22,293 bases of DNA from contig JAUQYZ020000013.1 in assembly GCA_030587475.2 (NCBI GenBank), forward strand, positions 1-22,293, in the 5' to 3' direction. The translations under genes were made by a program, and so were the position numbers. Of the stretch, positions 1 to 7,319 are shown piece by piece. The notes under the pieces were generated by a model. That model ran no database searches and had not been told where the DNA came from. It saw only the letters and a program-made list of their open reading frames with translations. Source of the DNA: Candidatus Sigynarchaeum calidifontis (GTDB taxonomy: Archaea > Asgardarchaeota > Lokiarchaeia > Sigyniarchaeales > Sigyniarchaeaceae). Positions within the stretch are counted from its first letter, which is position 1. The number at the start of each line of letters is the position of its first letter.

Positions 1-174
1 AAAAACCAAGCACGAAAAAATAAAAAGGAGGTGAGTTCAATTATTCAAATAGTGCGTTTTTTTATTCATTTTTCTTTAATGATGTTTTCACGAAAAATGG
101 AGAAATACGAAGATATGGAAGGAGGAAAAACAAGAAAAAGGAATGGTTAGTCGTTTTAACGTATTATACTAGCC

Positions 175-1332
175 TCAAATGGCTCTCGCGGCGTTCGGAA
201 CCGAGATGCGAGGCGTGAACGAGGCCAACTCCTTCGAAACCCGCCCCGTGCATGCCGTGCAGCCGGCGCACCCGACACCCGGAGTGAAATCGCACTCGAA
301 GTTGAAGGGCAGGACAAGATCCTTGAGATAACTGATGACCGGGATGGTCTCGACGTACTTGACGCGCTCGTCGGCGCGGATGCACGCGTCGATGATTTCT
401 TCGACCTCGTCGAGCGAATTGCCGCCGATGTAGGCGACGATCGAGGCATTGCTCACGATGCGAAAGCCGAGCGAGATGGTCGGGCAAGCCCGGAGCTTCT
501 TGACCAGACCCGCGACGTCAGCCGTCGCGATCGATGCCTGTACGAACCCGAGTCCCTTGACCGCCTTGAAGTTGACACCCTTGCGAACCGCGAGCACGCC
601 AGCCTTCTGCAGCTTGGCGATGCGGGAACCCACGGCAGGCTGGCTCAAGCCGGCGATCTTGCCAAGATCCTCTTGAGTCGCCTCGGGATCTTGCTCCAGG
701 GCCATGATGATCTGCCTATCCTTGGCATCGATGCCCTTGATGAGAGAATCGAGCTTGCCATCCTGGGCGGGCTCGTACCTGGCGTCACTGCCAGCACGAG
801 TCGCCGCCTTGGCGTGGCAAGCACCCCCGCATTTCATGGCATCGTGCGTCTCGATGTTGAGGTCGACGGGCAAGATCGTGTCGGTGATGGGCTCCATGAC
901 CACGGCCATCTCCACGTGCTTGATGTCCGGATCGGAACGGAAGTGATGTTCGACGATATCCTCGAGCTTCTCGATGCTCGAGCCTGCGAGGATGACAGTT
1001 ACATTGGTGCGGCCCAGCGTCGTGAATGCGTTGAGCACGTTGGGGCAGCACTCGATGGACTTGAGAACCGCCTTCGAGTGCTTCGCGTACATTCGCACGA
1101 GGGCCATCGGGATTTTCGTGGCCGACAAGTTTATGCCGTACTGGGTTGATAGCAAGCGTTTTCGTTCAAGCTTGAGGAGGCGGGCGCCGACGGCGGGTTG
1201 TATCTTGTTAATCGCCGTGGCGATCTCGGCTTGGGTGATGTCCGCGTTTTTTTGAACGAGCGACAGGATCTTGCGGTCGTCGTTATCGATATCGAGTGAT
1301 TGATCGAGGCTGGTCATTACCATCAGATTCAT
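175..1332 (-). CDS. Tandem (two HTH+RAM modules) Lrp/AsnC-family transcriptional regulator with Cys-rich segments
   Basis: Two internally similar AsnC-type HTH units (IDNDDRKILSLVQKNADITQAEIATAINKIQPAVGARLLKL and IDAKDRQIIMALEQDPEATQEDLGKIAGLSQPAVGSRIAKL), each followed by a RAM-like alpha/beta region. The start could be 1332, 1323 or 1317. Confidence 0.85.
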   Translation of the reverse strand: MNLMVMTSLDQSLDIDNDDRKILSLVQKNADITQAEIATAINKIQPAVGARLLKLERKRLLSTQYGINLSATKIPMALVRMYAKHSKAVLKSIECCPNVLNAFTTLGRTNVTVILAGSSIEKLEDIVEHHFRSDPDIKHVEMAVVMEPITDTILPVDLNIETHDAMKCGGACHAKAATRAGSDARYEPAQDGKLDSLIKGIDAKDRQIIMALEQDPEATQEDLGKIAGLSQPAVGSRIAKLQKAGVLAVRKGVNFKAVKGLGFVQASIATADVAGLVKKLRACPTISLGFRIVSNASIVAYIGGNSLDEVEEIIDACIRADERVKYVETIPVISYLKDLVLPFNFECDFTPGVGCAGCTACTGRVSKELASFTPRISVPNAARAI

Positions 1333-1373
1333 CTCTTTTTTTTTTTGTTTGTTAGAGGGATCGTGTATGTTTT

Positions 1374-1616
1374 TTATGCAAGGACGTCCATCGAGACGTC
1401 AGGATATTCTTGCATGAGCCACTGCAGCTTCCGCGACGTGATCTCGAACTGGATCCAGCGGGGCACCCCGACGATTGGTTCCCACGCGACCCCGAGCGCG
1501 TCGAGCGTATCAAGAAACCAGCCATCGTGGCCGGTCGCTTGCACGAGCAAGACCTCATCCGACTCGATTTCGAGGTCATAGGTTTCCGATAGCTGTTGAT
1601 TCGCGTTCATGGGCAT
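1374..1616 (-). CDS. Small acidic hypothetical protein (~80 aa)
   Basis: Protein-like composition, co-oriented 41 nt upstream of the Lrp gene and preceded by a good archaeal promoter. ATG at 1616 or 1610. Confidence 0.6.
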   Translation of the reverse strand: MPMNANQQLSETYDLEIESDEVLLVQATGHDGWFLDTLDALGVAWEPIVGVPRWIQFEITSRKLQWLMQEYPDVSMDVLA

Positions 1617-1688
1617 CAACGGGATTTTTTTATAATCGTTTAATCGGCATATGTCGTTATTATCGCTGGATGACTATATGCCCATACA

Positions 1689-1704
1689 CTTAAAAAGGTT
1701 TCGG
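1689..1704 (-). promoter_or_regulatory. Archaeal BRE+TATA promoter for the small ORF/Lrp unit
   Basis: The minus strand reads CCGAAACCTTTTTAAG (purine-rich BRE followed by a TTTTAA TATA-like box) about 75 nt upstream of the ATG at 1616. Confidence 0.55.
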
Positions 1705-2340
1705 TCGATGGGAGACGGCTCCCATCTCCACATTGCTCGCCGGGAACGCGCACCAATCCCCCATCCTACAATTGACATCATTCTCGAACCTATATTCATC
1801 GGCCAAGCTGATTTCGCTAATCAATCGCATTTTGATAACTACTACATCGCCCTTAAATTGAAAAACTACTTTAGAAAATCCCGAGCTTTTTGAATCGGCA
1901 CTCTGAAATAATGGCGATGCCGCAAACCCCGCATATTATTGCGATCCGTCTAATTAACTTGTATTGCTTGTGAAATCCAAGAAAGAATCGAGAGCGGATT
2001 CTTCAACGTCAACAGAATTCAAAAGGCGACTCTTTTTTGAACATCGCAAGATCTAATGCACGTGCAGCTCTACTTAGTTGACCATATAGAAATCACACTC
2101 TGGGTAGATAAGGTTTTCACTTCCATCACGAAGGGGGTATCTAGTGGCCTTCATGACCTTGTTTATTACCAATAACCCGGCCACGAGTATTGGATGGGTT
2201 GCGGGATGCGGAAGTGGGAAAAATGATCAGAACTGAAGATATCCTCCTGCGTGTCAAGAAATGGGCAAAATTGCATGGATGGAGCGGAGCGGGGCACACG
2301 AATTCAAAGGAGCTTTGGGAAATCTATGAGAAAAATGTAA

Positions 2341-5300
2341 TTACATCAAGGAAAGCAAGCGATCGAGTAAGGTGCCACACCTGGCGCGCAGTTCCATGTA
2401 TGTCCTTGCAGAATGGTCGAACTCGCGGGTGACCACGGGAAGGGGCCATTGCGCGTCGACCGGTTGTTTTCCCAATGCCGCGTCCACGGATCGCATGGCG
2501 GAGATGGCCTCGGCCAGGGCAGGATCGGTTTTGCCCAGGGCCTGGGCACGGGTAATCGTCTTGTTTAACGCCCACAAGAGCTCGTTGTCTTCAAGCCCGT
2601 CCCGGAACGCGGCGAGCCGCAGCGTGGGGACATAACCGCTTTCATGGGGCACGATCAGCGTCCCGTCACCCCGGCCGTCGTACCCGCACCCCGAGCGACC
2701 TGCATCGTTGTAATTCCAGAAAAATACCCAGTGCAAGAACCCGCTGATGTTGTAACGATAACCAATCCAACCGCGCAAGCGGCTCATGATCAAGGGCGTG
2801 CGCAGGTCAGTATCGGTCCCTGGGAAGTTGTCGCCGTTGGAATACGTCCACACCTCGTGCCCGGCCCCGTGGATCTTGGCAGAGACCTCCGGCGAAAAGG
2901 AATCGGGGGTGAGCACCCAAATATCGAGGGAATCGAGCCATTCATCGAATGCTGGCTCGTACGCGAAGGTCTGGAACGAACGGATCGTGCCGTTGGACGC
3001 GTTGTGGACGATCTGGTACACGAGATCGAACGCCTTCGGGGCGAGTGGATCTATCCTTGGATCCGGCTCGTCAGAGTGTTGCGTGATGGCCTCGCTCGCC
3101 CACGTGGTGCCCCACGGGGTTGTCTTGCTCGCGAGATGCAAGGTCGCGTTCCCGTAGAACCATCTAATGAGTTTCAGGTAATTATCTTTCGACCCGTCGA
3201 GCACGGCACCGGCGTCGTTCCGGCAATCGATGCCTGGATAAAAGTCGATCTTGATCTGGTTCATTCCTGCATCGAGCATGTCTTGTACTTGCGCATCGAA
3301 CGTGGTCCAGTTGATCGTGATGCCTTTCGACAAGTTGGAGGCGTCGTAGACGATGTCACCATCCTTGAACCAATAGCCATACGGGTCCGCGCCGTACCGC
3401 GTGGCAAGCTTCAGGAGCTTGTCCTTGTTCTGCGGGTTCTCGGGATGCAACCCGATGCATGTGTCCATGGTGCGGTTTAGCGGCTTGGTGTAGTTCCAAA
3501 CGGTCAAGCGGATCGTGAATTTCAACGAAGCAGTTCGCGGAACCCGCTGGAGATAGGACGTGGTGAGATACTCGAACTGGGTGGAATAAATGCCTGCTGA
3601 CACGTTTCTCGGGACCTTGATCTCCAGCCAGAAGGGAATGTTCTCCCGCGTTTCGGATCCCGTGATGAACGACTTCCATGGCAAGAGCACGTCGGCAATG
3701 CGCGGGTTGAAGCAGTTCAAGTACCCGACTCGCCCTGTGGTTATCGGGATGCGGGCAATGGTTCCATTTTCCATCCTCCATTGATTATCCCCGACCGGCG
3801 CGCCGGAACAGTTCCAATGGTACCCGTTGAACGAGATCATCTTGCTTGCGAGGGGGGAAAACACGAGTTGCACCAGTTCCGCCTCGCCCCGCATCGCGCG
3901 CACGTCGATCGTCGAGTTTCGTGGGCTTACCGAAAAATCCGGGTGGTAATCGGGGAGCACGCGGTCGTAACTGTTCGCGAGCCACAAGACCCCGTGCTCG
4001 CCCATGTCGGCGACGATGACGGGCGCGTTTGTCGTGATATTCTCTCTCGTCAATACCATGGTACAGCTAAGAGCGACGGCGAATATCACGAGGGAAGCGT
4101 AAAATTGCTTTTTCCGGTCGGTCGCTGTCAACGGCGAGATCAATGCCCGGGTCGGTGGCGCGGTGGTTGGAGACACGGGGACGGGGTGCCGTGCTTGCTG
4201 TAAAGAAGCGGGTCTCCGCTTTCGAGCCTTTTTTATGAGCAGATCCAATGAAAAGAGGGCGGCCGCGCATGCCACGCCGACCAGTGCCATGATCAAGACG
4301 AGGGGATAATACAGGCCAATACCAGTCCCGTACGGGTCGGTGAGGGTACCTGCCTCGGTCTGGAGGTCGAGCAAGCCCTCCTCCATCTCCCAGATCTCGA
4401 GGAGGGGGTCGTGGAAGAAGACCACCAAGCCCAGCCCCCACAACCAGAGCGCGAGCAGCGTGTGCCTGGGCGACCACTTGGCACGATTTTGATAGCCTTG
4501 ATACACGATCCAAGCCAGCGTGCTGACAAGGCCGACCAGCGAAAAGTACTGCGCGGCCGGCACGCTGCCGGGGATCGCCGCCGAATTCATCACGAGCAGG
4601 AGCGGCGAGAACGATGCCACGAGCGTGATCGTGAGGAGACTCGCGAGTGCAGACAGCCGGTAATACCACCACGATATCAACAAGAGGCCACTGATCGTGG
4701 CTGCCACCAAGACGCTGGTTCCCCACGCGTTCGTCGGCCCTTCTTGGAACACGAGTTGCGCGGGATAGAGCGCCACGAACACGCACCAGAGGGCAAGCCC
4801 TATGAAGATATAGATCTTGAAAGGCTTGATCCGCATCCGTTCCTTGAGCGTGAACCGCGGCTCAGCATCTTGATACACGTCGTTGTCATCCTTGATACCT
4901 TCATCATGTCTTCTGCTCCTTCTCCATGATTGTAAATTGGTGATGAGGATGAAAACGCATTCCATGATCGCGAGCCAGGCAATTGTGCAGAGTGAAACCC
5001 AGAGGGGCTGGCTGGCCATGAGTTCTTGACAAACACCAAATCCAGCAAATCCCAGCAGCACGATGCCAACACTCTTGCCGGCTTTGGATGCGCTCGTAAT
5101 GGTGCCGGAAGGATCCCTGCTCGCGATCAAGAGCTCGTAGCATGCCAAGAAAAACAAGCAAACGGCGGCCATGTACGTGATGACGTTGAGATAAGGCGCG
5201 AGGTAATGCAATTCACGGAGGTCGTTGTATGCCCACGTCCACCGGCTGGAAAACACGGGGTTGGTCGTGACTACCCACAAATCTGCAACGAGTGTGGAAA

Positions 5301-5574
5301 TCACGATGCCGGTCAATGCAAGTTTGATTGAATGCAAGGCTCGGAGATGTAATCTTTGAATTGCAAGGACAAACAAAGGGCATGCAAGATACGGGATCAT
5401 CATCAAGAAAGGATACACGTCGTCAAACGGAGGTGCCAATGCCAGGTCTGTCGCTCCATGGGAATAAAAAAGCCAATACGCAACGAGAAAGAGTAATAGT
5501 GCCCCGGAAGCCTGGATTGAGCTGGTAATTAGATTGATCGATGATGTCTTGTTCATTGGTGTACTCGCATTCAT
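2341..5574 (-). CDS. Polytopic membrane protein (~13 TM) fused to a C-terminal GH123/DUF4091-like glycoside hydrolase domain
   Basis: Likely start ATG 5574 (MNASTPMNKT), 1077 aa. About 13 hydrophobic segments in the N-terminal half. The C-terminal half has RAMRGEAELVQL, PFWLEIKVPRNVSAGIY, SDEP, EVWTYS, GFLHW and GDGTLIVP..PTLRLAAFRDGLEDNELL, which are typical of DUF4091/GH123-like proteins. Confidence 0.8.
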   Translation of the reverse strand: MNASTPMNKTSSINLITSSIQASGALLLFLVAYWLFYSHGATDLALAPPFDDVYPFLMMIPYLACPLFVLAIQRLHLRALHSIKLALTGIVISTLVADLWVVTTNPVFSSRWTWAYNDLRELHYLAPYLNVITYMAAVCLFFLACYELLIASRDPSGTITSASKAGKSVGIVLLGFAGFGVCQELMASQPLWVSLCTIAWLAIMECVFILITNLQSWRRSRRHDEGIKDDNDVYQDAEPRFTLKERMRIKPFKIYIFIGLALWCVFVALYPAQLVFQEGPTNAWGTSVLVAATISGLLLISWWYYRLSALASLLTITLVASFSPLLLVMNSAAIPGSVPAAQYFSLVGLVSTLAWIVYQGYQNRAKWSPRHTLLALWLWGLGLVVFFHDPLLEIWEMEEGLLDLQTEAGTLTDPYGTGIGLYYPLVLIMALVGVACAAALFSLDLLIKKARKRRPASLQQARHPVPVSPTTAPPTRALISPLTATDRKKQFYASLVIFAVALSCTMVLTRENITTNAPVIVADMGEHGVLWLANSYDRVLPDYHPDFSVSPRNSTIDVRAMRGEAELVQLVFSPLASKMISFNGYHWNCSGAPVGDNQWRMENGTIARIPITTGRVGYLNCFNPRIADVLLPWKSFITGSETRENIPFWLEIKVPRNVSAGIYSTQFEYLTTSYLQRVPRTASLKFTIRLTVWNYTKPLNRTMDTCIGLHPENPQNKDKLLKLATRYGADPYGYWFKDGDIVYDASNLSKGITINWTTFDAQVQDMLDAGMNQIKIDFYPGIDCRNDAGAVLDGSKDNYLKLIRWFYGNATLHLASKTTPWGTTWASEAITQHSDEPDPRIDPLAPKAFDLVYQIVHNASNGTIRSFQTFAYEPAFDEWLDSLDIWVLTPDSFSPEVSAKIHGAGHEVWTYSNGDNFPGTDTDLRTPLIMSRLRGWIGYRYNISGFLHWVFFWNYNDAGRSGCGYDGRGDGTLIVPHESGYVPTLRLAAFRDGLEDNELLWALNKTITRAQALGKTDPALAEAISAMRSVDAALGKQPVDAQWPLPVVTREFDHSARTYMELRARCGTLLDRLLSLM

Positions 5575-5627
5575 AGTTTTCTTATAACCAATGTAAAAAA
5601 TAAAAACTCGACCAGAGTTGTTAATAC

Positions 5628-7202
5628 TCATTCCTTTTTCAAGGATAGCTCTTGATCCCCTTTTTGGATCTCGAACCGCTTTAACACGTCGGCACGCGGG
5701 CTCGTGATGCATAACTCGAACGGTGCGCTCGTCGAGACATGGATCTTGCCTGTTTCGTGAACGAGATCCGTGATTATGGATCCGAAGCGGAGATTCTTGA
5801 TGCCACTCCTGCCTGGCTGGTGTACCCGCCACGAGATGCGCCTGTTCGGCGCGTCGATGGAATGGAAGCCGATCACGTTCTCGATGAGGAGCGAGATGGG
5901 GCCGAGGGCCGACCAGCCGCAAAATTCGCCGCGCACGGTTTCCTTGTTCACCCTCCGCTTGTGTGTCGCGGGCCTCGCCTCGGTCGGGGAATATACCTCC
6001 CAGATCGTGTGCGGCTCGACCTGGTGGTACGTGTCGACCATGGCCGCTACCATCCGCTCCGCGTTCGCGTCCGCCGTCTCGTGATATCCATACTGTTCCA
6101 GCGCCTTCGTTGCCATGTACGCCGTGGGCAACCACACCCCGCCACGCCAGTACCTGCCCGATGGCTCGAACTCGGGATCCCGGCGTGCCAAAGATGGCCA
6201 CGGCACGGGCGTGCCGAACCAGGCCGGGTCGGATGCCTTGGCAGCGAGCGCGGCCGCCTTGCGCTCGTCACACGCGCCCGCGAGCATCGGCCAATAGGAT
6301 GCGATGGTTGGGACCTTGTTCATGATATTCTTTCCCCTCGCGTGACGGGCTCGCAGCCAAAATGCGGGGCGGCGCATGATGTCGTAATAAAACCCGTCTT
6401 TCTCGTCCCAGTAGTATTTATTGAGTAAGTCCACGAGATCCTTATATACATTCTCGTATTTTGCCACTTTATCTTGATGACCAAGGACGGCTGCGATCTT
6501 GGCAATGAAGCGGGCCGAGAGCGCTTGCTGGGCCAGGAGATCGAGCCAGAAGATGAAATTGATGCCGATCTGGCCCCGCGGATTGAAAATCTTTTCGTTC
6601 ACCGCGTTTCGTCCCCTTGGCGTGTTGTCCATGCCGCTCGTGTTCCCCCGCCACGTGTACCCCATGGCATGACGCGCGGCCGTGGGCCAAACACGAACAG
6701 CAGGATTAGGCCTCGTCCACGCCGCGCGTTCCATGAACTCGAAGTGCTTTTCGAGATACCCGTGCTCGTCGAGGAATTGGAGTCGCTGCACGTCGCCGGT
6801 CATCAAGTAATATTGCCACTCGACCCAGGCGAACAAGGGCGGGTTATCCGCGAAGTGGATCTTGACGGCCGACGGCTTGCGGTCGTGGAGGATGTAATAG
6901 AACAAGTTCAACGTTTCTACGCCGGGGAAGATCTGCGGGGCGTACTTGCAATACATCGACATCAAGCAGCTGTCCCACACCCACGTCGTGGCCGGGTTCA
7001 TGCCCGGGTCGATGTATCGCCGCTGGGGCGTGTCATCCCGCTCCAGCACGTGCCGCCACGCGATCTCCCATGCCTTCCAATATAATTCGACCATTCGTGG
7101 CTGGGCATCGAGCACGGGCGACGGGAGGCGGCTGGTGTCCAGGGGCTCTTTCACGCGGTAGGGCTCGTAAGGATCGGGTGCATGCCCGGCAGTCGGAGAC
7201 AT
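5628..7202 (-). CDS. GH63/MGH1-like (trehalase-like) six-hairpin glycoside hydrolase
   Basis: Motifs WVWDSC, NPPLFAW, SGMDNTPR, WDEKDGFYYD, YWRGGVWLP, IWEVY and FCGWS match the GH63/GH37-like (alpha/alpha)6 enzymes, including the acidic catalytic positions. Confidence 0.85.
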   Translation of the reverse strand: MSPTAGHAPDPYEPYRVKEPLDTSRLPSPVLDAQPRMVELYWKAWEIAWRHVLERDDTPQRRYIDPGMNPATTWVWDSCLMSMYCKYAPQIFPGVETLNLFYYILHDRKPSAVKIHFADNPPLFAWVEWQYYLMTGDVQRLQFLDEHGYLEKHFEFMERAAWTRPNPAVRVWPTAARHAMGYTWRGNTSGMDNTPRGRNAVNEKIFNPRGQIGINFIFWLDLLAQQALSARFIAKIAAVLGHQDKVAKYENVYKDLVDLLNKYYWDEKDGFYYDIMRRPAFWLRARHARGKNIMNKVPTIASYWPMLAGACDERKAAALAAKASDPAWFGTPVPWPSLARRDPEFEPSGRYWRGGVWLPTAYMATKALEQYGYHETADANAERMVAAMVDTYHQVEPHTIWEVYSPTEARPATHKRRVNKETVRGEFCGWSALGPISLLIENVIGFHSIDAPNRRISWRVHQPGRSGIKNLRFGSIITDLVHETGKIHVSTSAPFELCITSPRADVLKRFEIQKGDQELSLKKE

Positions 7203-7319
7203 GGCAATTCATGCAACGCCAGTCGTGCCGATCGAAAAACACTATGCATTTTCCCGATCGCTTTTTTCTCGTTTGTGGTTATTACGTGTAGCAGCGCTCA
7301 TGTTTGGCGGCGAGGCGCG

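Noticed and set aside
26-34. AGGAGGTGA, a strong SD-like sequence (TCACCTCCT on the minus strand, like a 16S rRNA 3' end)
   Set aside because: No start codon or ORF follows at suitable spacing, and the flanks do not resemble rRNA.
2190-2432. 80-aa plus-strand ORF
   Set aside because: TTG start, no recognisable motif, and overlaps the 3' end of the GH123-like gene on the opposite strand.
5575-6201. 209-aa N-terminal extension of the 1286-aa ORF
   Set aside because: It overlaps the GH63-like gene in another frame and has Arg/Gly-rich shadow composition. ATG 5574 is the plausible start.
7182-7319. N-terminal extension of the 876-aa ORF
   Set aside because: It overlaps the divergent gene start and covers the intergenic promoter region. 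ATG 7320 has an SD-like GAGG.
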